The notes under the pieces are model-generated. The model saw only the letters and a program-made list of their open reading frames with translations, did no database searches and was not told where the DNA came from. Positions 50,239 to 58,554 of a stretch of DNA of 64,000 nucleotides are shown piece by piece. A program made the position numbers and the translations under genes. The stretch is from a virus. Position 1 is the stretch's first letter. The number at the start of each line of letters is the position of its first letter. Where the stretch lies: positions 38,274-102,273 of IMG/VR virus record IMGVR_UViG_3300010371_000001, one strand, 5' to 3'.

Positions 50239-50553
50239 ATGAGAGTAGAATTTCACCATTTTGAAATCGCGCAAACGTTTGAAGATGGCCTTTCTCAAAT
50301 AGAGCAAGAGGCATTTACGAAGTGCCTGCGCTATATCGGGGGACACGTCAACCCTGATAGGATACGCACTTTTTTCTTTCGCACTTTGGATGCTATTGTT
50401 CTATTTGCCTATCGAGACACGCAGTTTATAATTACCTATCAATGGATGCAACGCACTGTTCCTAACGATGCCACTCTCCTGATAACCCTCACTCATGCTA
50501 TGTACACAAAAGATAGTAGTCATGCATTTGATCATTTACAAGATCCCCTTTAG
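50239..50553 (+). CDS. Putative toxin partner of the Panacea protein
   Basis: 104-aa low-GC ORF with AAGGAG RBS directly downstream, followed by a hairpin at 50554-50582. Confidence 0.5.
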   Translation: MRVEFHHFEIAQTFEDGLSQIEQEAFTKCLRYIGGHVNPDRIRTFFFRTLDAIVLFAYRDTQFIITYQWMQRTVPNDATLLITLTHAMYTKDSSHAFDHLQDPL

Positions 50554-50589
50554 ATCGATGGGGAGGTAGGCTACCCATCGATCACATAA

Positions 50590-51243
50590 CTACGGCTTAT
50601 ATACCGGCCTCAACTCGTTGCCATGCTTGCTGCAATCGCCCTGATGCCCGCCACTCAGGCTATAGGTTCCGTCAACGCACTCATTCATAAATCCTGTGCC
50701 ATTCCAGAACGAGGCGATACAGTTGAACCAGTTGCAGATGTCCGCTGGGGGACTGTAGGCCAGGTGGCCAGTATTGGTGAATGTGTAATCGTAAGGATTG
50801 CCGTTGATCGCCGGATACTTTGGTGCTGGCTTCGGCGTTGCTGTGGGCGGGTGGCTCACGGGCTGCGTCGCCACAGGTGCGGGTGTTGATCCCGGCTTGG
50901 GAGTGGCATCCACGGCGGTATGCGTCGCTGTTGGACTCTGCGCTTGTGGTGTGTCTGTCGCACTGGTGACAATGACACCCGGCGAGGTGGAAGATCCACC
51001 GTCATTGGCTTGCTGGCTAGTGGTATCGGTTGTGCTGGCGTTGCTATTCAGCGCGCCGAAGGCACAGCAGGATATCAGTAAAATGCCAGTGATGCTGCCG
51101 ACGATGATCTGTGTGCGGCGCGTTTGCCCCTTGTACCAGGGCCATGCATGAGTGCGCAATTGCTGATATGTCCAGGCGCAAGCGCGCCATGTCATGCGGA
51201 ATAGCCAGACGGTCGCATTGATGCAGAAACGCAAGAAAGCCAT
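50590..51243 (-). CDS. Membrane-anchored Pro/Thr-rich protein with Cys-rich C-terminal domain
   Basis: TM helix, P/T linker, NPYDY..C..FNCI..C.DG.YS.SGG..CS.HG. Confidence 0.7.
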   Translation of the reverse strand: MAFLRFCINATVWLFRMTWRACAWTYQQLRTHAWPWYKGQTRRTQIIVGSITGILLISCCAFGALNSNASTTDTTSQQANDGGSSTSPGVIVTSATDTPQAQSPTATHTAVDATPKPGSTPAPVATQPVSHPPTATPKPAPKYPAINGNPYDYTFTNTGHLAYSPPADICNWFNCIASFWNGTGFMNECVDGTYSLSGGHQGDCSKHGNELRPVYKP

Positions 51244-51483
51244 GATGCACTCCTTGATGAACGAACGAACAATCAGAGTTCCATCATAGAGTGACAATTC
51301 GGCGCTGTCGAACGGCGTAGTACAAGACGGCTATAGAGCGCTGTGTGAGTGGTGTAATGGGGAATGTAAGGACTCGAGGATAATAGCCGATAAAAATTAG
51401 CACATACATTCAATTACTTGTTCATTTGTCCTAATAACCAGCGGATATATATGCTGACTTTTGAAATAAACATAAAATCCCTA

Positions 51484-51542
51484 TTGACAAGTGGCCATTA
51501 CTTAGGTAGCATGGTGTCCTCATCCATCACATCATCAGGAGG
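51484..51542 (+). promoter_or_regulatory. Orphaned promoter (TTGACA-17-TAGCAT) and AGGAGG RBS, the left flank of the IS607-like element
   Basis: No start codon lies at RBS distance in the present arrangement; both signals fit ATG 56579 if the element is removed. Confidence 0.65.
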
Positions 51543-51595
51543 CATTATAACTAGTCCCTTGTTTTGTACCCAAATCTACCCTTGTATGGTAGAAT

Positions 51596-52180
51596 ATGAG
51601 GATGAAACTGAGTGTATACGCAAGGCAGGTAGGCATCACCTACAAGACCGCCTATCGGATGTGGAAGGCAGGGCAGCTTGACGCCTATCAGTTGCCGACG
51701 GGGACCATTATCGTGCAAGAGGCACAACCACCTGTGACCGGAGTGGCGACCTATGCGCGGGTCTCATCTGCGGACCAGAAAGCCGATCTGGTGCGACAGG
51801 TAGAACGCTTGCGCGACTATGCCGCCGCCAAAGGCTATATCCTCACACGCGAAGTCCAAGAGATTGCTTCTGGCGTCAACGATAGCCGCCCGAAGCTGGC
51901 GTCATTGCTCAGTGATCGGCGCATCGGCTTGATCATCGTGGAACATCGGGATCGTCTCACTCGCTTTGGTTATAACTATCTTCGCTTACTCTTGGAACAG
52001 CAAGGACGGCGCATTGAAGTCATCAACCTTGCCGACAATGGCAAAGAGGATCTGATCGTGGATCTCGTCTCGATCATCTACTCGTTCAGCGCACGCCTGT
52101 ATGGACAGCGACGAGCCAAGCGCAAGACCGCCGATATCCACACCATCCTTGCCAGTGACACCCACTCATCGGTAGCATGA
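51596..52180 (+). CDS. tnpA: IS607-family serine recombinase TnpA
   Basis: N-terminal MerR-like HTH followed by YARVSS..DL.RQ..EIASG..DRLTRFG..SFSARLYG.R. Confidence 0.95.
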   Translation: MRMKLSVYARQVGITYKTAYRMWKAGQLDAYQLPTGTIIVQEAQPPVTGVATYARVSSADQKADLVRQVERLRDYAAAKGYILTREVQEIASGVNDSRPKLASLLSDRRIGLIIVEHRDRLTRFGYNYLRLLLEQQGRRIEVINLADNGKEDLIVDLVSIIYSFSARLYGQRRAKRKTADIHTILASDTHSSVA

Positions 52181-52182
52181 CA

Positions 52183-52220
52183 ACGCCCTGAGCCTTTCCG
52201 CTCAGGGCGTCTTTTTATTT
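52183..52220 (+). terminator. Intrinsic terminator after tnpA
   Basis: ACGCCCTGAG..CTCAGGGCGT followed by CTTTTTATTT. Confidence 0.8.
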
Positions 52221-52234
52221 GGTTGTCTCGCTAC

Positions 52235-52615
52235 CTACGCATACATGCGTGGTCCGGTATCCCGCCGCATCGGTATGGCGGCAGCGCGTTCTGCATCCGC
52301 CGCATCCATTGCCGCCGCCATGATGGCGACGCCCTGCTGCACATAGGCCGCATCCGCCGCCGCCGTGCGCTCCATAATCTCATGACGAGCAACGGCGCGA
52401 TGATGACAGTAGCGACCTGCCTTACCGGCGGGGCAAGAGCAAATCAGAGAGTAGCCTGCGATAATAACCGTGTAGCACCCGTCACCGCTAGCCGACGAAA
52501 CGGCGATGAACTTCTGCCCGGTCGCCTTGATCGTGCCATGCCCCACCACGTGAACCTCTTTGACCGTCGCGCGTGCCAGCGCCTTTTCGTACTGTGTCTG
52601 CTGATACTGTGTCAT
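52235..52615 (-). CDS. SWIM Zn-finger protein
   Basis: YTV..CSCPA..CHH; promoter TTGCTA-17-TATAAT (52710-52682). Confidence 0.75.
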   Translation of the reverse strand: MTQYQQTQYEKALARATVKEVHVVGHGTIKATGQKFIAVSSASGDGCYTVIIAGYSLICSCPAGKAGRYCHHRAVARHEIMERTAAADAAYVQQGVAIMAAAMDAADAERAAAIPMRRDTGPRMYA

Positions 52616-52798
52616 GATTGGAAGTCCCCTTGTCTTGATGTTAAGCCCTGAGTGGTCGCATCACTCATAACTTACATCTAAATTATACCATACTTAATAT
52701 GGTATAGCAAGGGAAATGGGACCAAAGTTACACCTATCTTGCATCGCTCTTTCTTGCGGGGTATAATTTTACTGTAATTCTACTGTAAGGAGGATTCA

Positions 52799-53059
52799 AT
52801 GACGCTTGCCGAATTACGCAAGGTCGTATCTCTCACGCAAGAAGAGGTCGCTCAATCGTGCGGGGTTAGTAAAACTACCGTATCAGCATGGGAGCGGGGT
52901 ACAGCAATTCCAAGGCTACGACATGTGCGCGCATTAGCAGAAGCATTGCACACCTCGATCAAAGATGTTCAATCGGCGATAGAGGCACAAAGAGAGGCGA
53001 GCATCAATGCGACAGATGCCCGCCGAAAAGCCCGCGCGGGGACTTCCATCAGCGCGTAG
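52799..53059 (+). CDS. XRE-HTH regulator 1 (cargo)
   Basis: LTQEEVAQSCGVSKTTVSAWERG; AAGGAGG RBS; TTGCAT-17-TATAAT promoter. Confidence 0.9.
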   Translation: MTLAELRKVVSLTQEEVAQSCGVSKTTVSAWERGTAIPRLRHVRALAEALHTSIKDVQSAIEAQREASINATDARRKARAGTSISA

Positions 53060-53225
53060 GCACCCTCAGCATAGCACATAGAAAGGTTAAGAAACTTTAA
53101 CCTTTACTTTCAGGCCAGGCCAGCAAAGGGTTGAGAGCATAGTACCATAGCCCAAAGTCTTTATAAGGACTTGATAAAGTTCCTGGGCTAGGTTATAATG
53201 CTTTTATCCTGATGAAAGGAGAAAG

Positions 53226-53441
53226 ATGACGCTCAGAGAGCTGCGTGAAAAGCGATCCATGACACAAATGGAAATCGCTGTTGCTGTTGAGGTTTCACTT
53301 CCCACAGTGGGCGCTTGGGAAAAAGGAACCAGCAGACCGCGACCCATTCATGTCAGAAAGTTAGCGACACTGTTTGGAGTGAGCATTGAAGAAATGCAAG
53401 CAGTCCTTGATACTACTGCTCAATCCGCATCCAGTTCGTAG
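53226..53441 (+). CDS. XRE-HTH regulator 2 (cargo, paralog of regulator 1)
   Basis: MTQMEIAVAVEVSLPTVGAWEKG; TTGATA-17-TATAAT promoter (53171-53199). Confidence 0.9.
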   Translation: MTLRELREKRSMTQMEIAVAVEVSLPTVGAWEKGTSRPRPIHVRKLATLFGVSIEEMQAVLDTTAQSASSS

Positions 53442-53542
53442 TTAATGTTTAGCATGTCGAAAGCGGCTGTTCAGTTTCCAGGCCGACAACCGCTCTCACC
53501 AAAACCACATTCGAGAGGAATCTCGAAAGGAGCCTTACCCAT

Positions 53543-54049
53543 ATGGTAGCATATACCCCGGCGGTTGGCAATAAGCCGCCGATGACCGCTACGCCCGCAT
53601 GGCCCGTCAGTGTGCCAGCCATTCAAGAGCAACCCGCCACGCGCCGTATTTGCCCCACGTGTGACGGGCGTGGTGACACGCTCACGCATGGTCGTTACGA
53701 CACATGCCGCCCTTGCGCTGGCCTGGGTGAAATTATCCCAGACCGCGCCGTGTTCGCCCATGAATTGCTCGCTGACTTTCAGCGCCATATCGCCGTCCCC
53801 CTTGTCAGTGACACCACATCATCCACGTGGCTTGCCGATGCCCTTGACCAGGGCGCGACGGACCAGCAGTGGAATCTGCAAGACTGGCTGCAAATCTATG
53901 AGTTCGTCTGCTTCTATGCCCCACTGTACGAAGTGGCGGATGATGACGAAATCGCCCCGTATTGGCAGCCCGCCGCTCGGCGCTGTGTGAAGCGCATCAA
54001 CGCGTTCCTGCATGCCCAATGGGCAGAAGGGGTGGATGACGCGCTATGA
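53543..54049 (+). CDS. Zn-finger (CxxCxGxG) hypothetical protein (cargo)
   Basis: CPTCDGRG..CRPCAGLG; AAGGAG RBS. Confidence 0.65.
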   Translation: MVAYTPAVGNKPPMTATPAWPVSVPAIQEQPATRRICPTCDGRGDTLTHGRYDTCRPCAGLGEIIPDRAVFAHELLADFQRHIAVPLVSDTTSSTWLADALDQGATDQQWNLQDWLQIYEFVCFYAPLYEVADDDEIAPYWQPAARRCVKRINAFLHAQWAEGVDDAL

Positions 54050-54348
54050 ACCTGCCTCCACGTGGCCCCGCGCCCGTCAACCCGCAAATGGAGGCGTATG
54101 TGACGCGCATCGCCCCTGCCATTACTGAGGCGGTCGCGCTGATCCTCGTTTTGCAGAGCCAGCGCCGTGATCCCGCGCTGTACACCCCGATGGTTGCCCA
54201 CGTGGCAACCATCCTAGCCGTCTCGCGTCACATCTTCCACGTAGATGGCGCATCCAAGTCTGCCATGACGCAGATCGACGCGCTGCTTACCAAGATGCAA
54301 AAGGTTCAGGATATGGCGCTTGCCGTCCTGAATCCCCCAACCGATTAG
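54046..54348 (+). CDS. Hypothetical protein (cargo)
   Basis: ATGA-coupled to the previous gene. Confidence 0.55.
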   Translation: MNLPPRGPAPVNPQMEAYVTRIAPAITEAVALILVLQSQRRDPALYTPMVAHVATILAVSRHIFHVDGASKSAMTQIDALLTKMQKVQDMALAVLNPPTD

Positions 54349-54361
54349 GGAGAATCACCCG

Positions 54362-54628
54362 ATGTTTCCTGAATTGACCGTCCCTCTTGCTGTATTCATG
54401 GATGCAGCCGTGCGTCACCCAATGAAGGTGCTTGGTTGCGGCACGTGGGAGAGCGGTTGCGAGTTTTATCTGATTGCTGATACCGAACACGCTGCCCTTG
54501 TCACCGCTGGTGAGCATGACTACACGTGTTCCTGTGGTGGCAAGTTGAGTGAGCCATGCATACATGTCGGCACAATGGTTGCCCGGTATTTCGGTTACTC
54601 CCCCATCCTGAAAGGAAACCTGCCGTGA
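54362..54628 (+). CDS. Small SWIM-like protein (cargo)
   Basis: YTCSCG..PCIHV; GGGAG RBS. Confidence 0.6.
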   Translation: MFPELTVPLAVFMDAAVRHPMKVLGCGTWESGCEFYLIADTEHAALVTAGEHDYTCSCGGKLSEPCIHVGTMVARYFGYSPILKGNLP

Positions 54629-55224
54629 GTAACGCCGCCGCCCCTTTGTATGAAGTCAAGGGACCACCACTTTCGGTGCCAGCCAGGGACCACACGCCCC
54701 TTGCGCCAAGTAGCATCACTCATACGCCTGTGGATGGCATGAGCGATATCGAATATGCCATTAGCACCCTTGGCACCGCCGATCCCGGCAATATCGGGCA
54801 TTTCCTGGGCGATCAGTTTGCCAATCGGACGTATCCTAAGCTCATCACCTTGCCGGAAATGGAGCAGATGGCGTATGAGAGCCTCCATTTCCTGAGCATC
54901 CCTGCCATCACGGCTTACGCGCATTGGTGGCTTTCGCCCGATTTCCACCGCTCACCTAACTTGACGGATGATGAGGCGTTGGCACTGGGCAAGTTCGTGA
55001 GCCGATTCATCACCGAGTATGGATGTGCAACGGTGGAACTCTTGGAGATGCAAATGTCGGATCTGTTCGACATGGGCGAATATGATAACATGTTCGCTCT
55101 TGCCCGTCTGCATCCGGCCTATGCCCGCTACTGCATCGCCCACATTGTCCGTCTGTTCCTGACGAAAAGCTGCCACATTCACTTCAATGTGGTAGAAGAT
55201 GTCATTGCGCACGCTGGGTTGTAG
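54625..55224 (+). CDS. Hypothetical protein (cargo), directly upstream of tnpB
   Basis: GTGA overlap, AAAGGA RBS; its stop overlaps the tnpB RBS. Confidence 0.6.
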   Translation: MSNAAAPLYEVKGPPLSVPARDHTPLAPSSITHTPVDGMSDIEYAISTLGTADPGNIGHFLGDQFANRTYPKLITLPEMEQMAYESLHFLSIPAITAYAHWWLSPDFHRSPNLTDDEALALGKFVSRFITEYGCATVELLEMQMSDLFDMGEYDNMFALARLHPAYARYCIAHIVRLFLTKSCHIHFNVVEDVIAHAGL

Positions 55225-55235
55225 GAGCTAACCAT

Positions 55236-56537
55236 ATGGAGATCGTCCGGGGATACAAGACTGAACTGGATTTGAATAACAAGCAGCGCACGGCATGTCT
55301 CCAGCATGCGGGGTGTGCCAGATTCGCCTACAATTGGGGACTGGCACGCAAACAAGCGGCAATGGCAGCACGCAAAGCAGCGGCAGATCCTAAGTCAGTC
55401 AAGATTCCCACCGCCATCGATCTCCATCGGGAACTGAATGCCTTGAAATCCACCGAGTTCCCTTGGATGTACGAAAGCTCAAAATGCGGACCCCAAGAGG
55501 CGTTGCGCGACCTGGACACGGCATTCAGCAACTTCTTTGCCAAGCGTGCCAAGTACCCCAAGTTCAAGAAACGCAGCAAGGGCATCGGCTCGTTCACGCT
55601 GACGGGAACCATTCATGTTGGTCCGGACTGGATTCAGTTACCCGTCATTGGGAAGGTGCGATTGTTTGAACATGGCTACTTGCCCCAAGACACGGATCTG
55701 CATACCAAAGACCGCAAGACGCTCAAGAAACGTGAGAAGAAAGGGCGCATCATCACAGGGCCAGCCCACTACCTGAGCGCGACTGTATCTGAACGTGCGG
55801 GACATTGGTTCGTTTCTGTGCAAGTCAAAGACATCGTTCCTGACCCTGAACCAGCGACGGGTGAACCAATTGGCGTTGACTTGGGCATCAAAACATTAGC
55901 CGTATGTTCGGATGGGCAAGAGGTTCCTAATCCCAAGGCGTTGCGGGGCAACCTGGGCAAACTCAAAAGGACACAGCGCCATCACAGTAAGCGCAAGAAA
56001 GGTAGTAACAACCGCAAGAAGTCCAAACAAGAAGTAGCCCGCGTCCATTATCGGATTGCCAATATCCGAGAAGATGCTTTGCATCAGGCGACCGCGAAGA
56101 TCACGGCAAAAGCCAAGCCGCCATCCAAGCGACCGCAAGCGATCATCTTGGAAGATCTCAACGTGGCGGGCATGCTCAAAAATCACAAGCTGGCACAGGC
56201 GATAGCGGACGTGGGGCTAGGGGAGTTTCGCCGCCAGATGAGCTACAAATCTCTCTGGTATGGCAATCGGCTGTATCTGGCCCATCGTTTCTTCCCTTCA
56301 ACTCAACTGTGTTCACAGTGCCATCGTTTGCCCTCGGTGCCACTGGATTTGAGCGTGCGGACCTATGAGTGTGAGCATTGCGGCCTGGTCCTTGACCGGG
56401 ATCTCAATGCCGCACGCAATTTACTGTGGCTGTATACCGCTAGTTCAGCGGAAATCGACGCCTGTGGAGAGATCGTAAGACCAATGGTGCTTGCACTAAA
56501 GGCAGTCTCGTTGAAGCAGGAACCGGATGCCACTTAG
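55236..56537 (+). CDS. tnpB: RNA-guided endonuclease TnpB
   Basis: HTH_OrfB N-terminus, RuvC D (GVDLG), E (LEDL) and D (DRDLNAA) all intact; CxxC..CxxC Zn finger. Confidence 0.95.
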   Translation: MEIVRGYKTELDLNNKQRTACLQHAGCARFAYNWGLARKQAAMAARKAAADPKSVKIPTAIDLHRELNALKSTEFPWMYESSKCGPQEALRDLDTAFSNFFAKRAKYPKFKKRSKGIGSFTLTGTIHVGPDWIQLPVIGKVRLFEHGYLPQDTDLHTKDRKTLKKREKKGRIITGPAHYLSATVSERAGHWFVSVQVKDIVPDPEPATGEPIGVDLGIKTLAVCSDGQEVPNPKALRGNLGKLKRTQRHHSKRKKGSNNRKKSKQEVARVHYRIANIREDALHQATAKITAKAKPPSKRPQAIILEDLNVAGMLKNHKLAQAIADVGLGEFRRQMSYKSLWYGNRLYLAHRFFPSTQLCSQCHRLPSVPLDLSVRTYECEHCGLVLDRDLNAARNLLWLYTASSAEIDACGEIVRPMVLALKAVSLKQEPDAT

Positions 56538-56590
56538 GCGTGTCCTATTTGGGTAAATTCTGGAGAACGGACATCCACATGGCCAGCAAC
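56430..56590 (+). ncRNA. TnpB omega-RNA (scaffold to 56570, guide from 56571)
   Basis: It overlaps the tnpB 3' end and the element right end, as established for TnpB systems; the boundaries are approximate. Confidence 0.6.
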
Positions 56591-58045
56591 CAGTTGTACT
56601 ACGGCGACAACCTCGACATCTTGCGTAAGAAAATTCATGACGAGACGATAGATCTCTGCTACATTGACCCACCGTTTAACTCCAAACGCACCTACAACCA
56701 AATTTACAACAATATCGGTACTGAAGATCGCGCGCAATCCCAAGCATTTATCGATACCTGGACATGGGATGATCGCGCTATTGCCGGATTCCAAGAAATC
56801 CTCAGCAATGATCAGGCGCGATTTACCAGTCAGACAGTTGAGCTAATCAAGGGACTGTATCATGTTTTGGGTTTTGGCAGCTTGTTAGCATACTTGGTGA
56901 GTATGACTTTGCGTGTCACAGAAATCCACCGTGTTTTGAAACCGACTGGAAGCTTCTACCTTCATTGCGATCCAACCTCAAGTCACTACCTGAAACTGGT
57001 ACTCGATGCGATCTTCGTACCTACTGGCGGTGATTTTCAGAATGAGATTGCTTGGTGTTATGGCTCAGGAGGGGCAAGTAAACGGCATTTTTCGAGAAAA
57101 CATGACATCCTGTTTTTCTACACAAAAGGAGCATACTACACCTTTAACGTGGATGGTGTGAGAGAGCCATATAGTTCACCTGAGAAAGTAGAATTCAAAG
57201 TTATTGGAGATAAGCGGTATCAGAGAAAAAACCCTCTTGGTCGCATACCGTTTGACTGGTGGCAAATGCCAATACTGACAAATACTGCCAAAGAACGGCT
57301 TGGCTACCCCACACAAAAGCCAGAGGCATTGCTTGAACGAATTATTGAGGCAAGTTCTAATGAAGGCGATACTGTCCTTGATGCCTATTGCGGCTGTGGA
57401 ACAACGATTGCTGTAGCACAACACCTGAAACGCAAATGGATCGGTATTGATATCACCTATCAGGCAATTGCACTCATTTTAGAGCGAATCGAGGATCAGT
57501 TTAGCAAAGAGGCGCTTGACGCCATTACGCTTGATGGCATTCCAAGTGATATAGATTCAGCCAAAGCTCTCGCTCATAAGCAGGATGATCGGGTGCGCAA
57601 GGAATTTGAGAAGTGGGCCGTCTTGACCTACACCAATAATCGGGCCATCATCCATCAAAAGAAGGGTGCAGACGGTGGGGTTGATGGCGTTGCCTACTTT
57701 TTGACCAGTCATTCAGGCAATGCCAAGATCATCTTTCAGGTGAAATCGGGCAAAGTAGGACGTGGCGACATTGCAAAATTACGTGGGGATATGCAACGAG
57801 AGTCAGCAGCGTTGGCGGTATTTATTACACTTGAACACCCTACTGGACCTATGATCGCTGAAGCAAAGGCCGCTGGACGCTATTATCATGAGATCATGGA
57901 CAGGCACTACGATACGATTGCGATTATGGCTATCCAAGATATCCTTGATCGCCAACGCCTCAGCATTCCTCTGAATTTTGAAGTCATTCGATCCGCACAA
58001 CGGAAAGCTTCCGAGGTTCAACTCTCACTTGTCGATAGCATGTAG
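56579..58045 (+). CDS. Second N6A/N4C DNA methyltransferase with C-terminal Mrr-like domain
   Basis: NQLYYGDNL, YIDPPF, YPTQKP, DAYCGCGT; D.GVDG..FQVKSG. Confidence 0.9.
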   Translation: MASNQLYYGDNLDILRKKIHDETIDLCYIDPPFNSKRTYNQIYNNIGTEDRAQSQAFIDTWTWDDRAIAGFQEILSNDQARFTSQTVELIKGLYHVLGFGSLLAYLVSMTLRVTEIHRVLKPTGSFYLHCDPTSSHYLKLVLDAIFVPTGGDFQNEIAWCYGSGGASKRHFSRKHDILFFYTKGAYYTFNVDGVREPYSSPEKVEFKVIGDKRYQRKNPLGRIPFDWWQMPILTNTAKERLGYPTQKPEALLERIIEASSNEGDTVLDAYCGCGTTIAVAQHLKRKWIGIDITYQAIALILERIEDQFSKEALDAITLDGIPSDIDSAKALAHKQDDRVRKEFEKWAVLTYTNNRAIIHQKKGADGGVDGVAYFLTSHSGNAKIIFQVKSGKVGRGDIAKLRGDMQRESAALAVFITLEHPTGPMIAEAKAAGRYYHEIMDRHYDTIAIMAIQDILDRQRLSIPLNFEVIRSAQRKASEVQLSLVDSM

Positions 58046-58096
58046 GTGGAACAGGCGAGCGATTAGGAATAGAAGTGAAGGGGTGATATTACCCCT

Positions 58097-58540
58097 TCAT
58101 TCATCCATCGGCACAATCGTGAAATTCCGCTGCTTCACACTGATCGCTTCATAGAAGTAACTGGCATTATCATAGAACAGGTCTACCTCAGGATCGGCCA
58201 CGTCTTGAAAGAATGCATAGTCATCGGCAGAGAGATCCTCCTTGATCTGGTCAACCAATGTTGCGTCACTTATGGCATTTTGCAGAGGTGCCAAGCTATC
58301 ATCATCGGCGTTGACACTTTCAAGTGACATTGCCACCTGGCCGGTAAGGAATGCACGCAGCGTGTCAGGATGCCTCAGTAATGCATCCAGCAATGCGCGC
58401 TCGCGGCGAATGAGTTCATCAGTATTCTCAATATACTTCATGCGCTCCTGTGACGCTGCGATTACTTCCTCGTCAATCTCAGAGATGGCGATGTCGATAT
58501 CGAAGGTGACGCGAAAGGTGTGATGATTCAGGTTGCTCAT
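58097..58540 (-). CDS. Acidic hypothetical protein
   Basis: GAGGAG RBS; about 21% D+E by manual count. Confidence 0.65.
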   Translation of the reverse strand: MSNLNHHTFRVTFDIDIAISEIDEEVIAASQERMKYIENTDELIRRERALLDALLRHPDTLRAFLTGQVAMSLESVNADDDSLAPLQNAISDATLVDQIKEDLSADDYAFFQDVADPEVDLFYDNASYFYEAISVKQRNFTIVPMDE

Positions 58541-58554
58541 TGGTGTTGTCTCCT

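Larger units (their letters stand above)
51543..56570 (+). mobile_element. Cargo-carrying IS607-family element (tnpA ... tnpB)
   Basis: GG at both junctions (51541-42, 56569-70). Subterminal TACCCAAAT (51567-75) is inverted as ATTTGGGTA (56547-55). tnpA lies at the left end, tnpB plus omega-RNA at the right end. Confidence 0.7.

Noticed and set aside
51543-51595. IStron (group I intron + IS607)
   Set aside because: Only about 53 bp separate the left end from tnpA, leaving no room for a ribozyme core.
51596-52180. TnpA as the phage integrase
   Set aside because: Its inferred recombination ends enclose only 5 kb, and phage genes continue on both sides.
33966-52210. Shared stem CGCCCTGAG..CTCAGGGCG at 33967 and 52184 as a mobile repeat
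   Set aside because: Both sit between convergent genes with different loops, so they are adequately explained as terminators.
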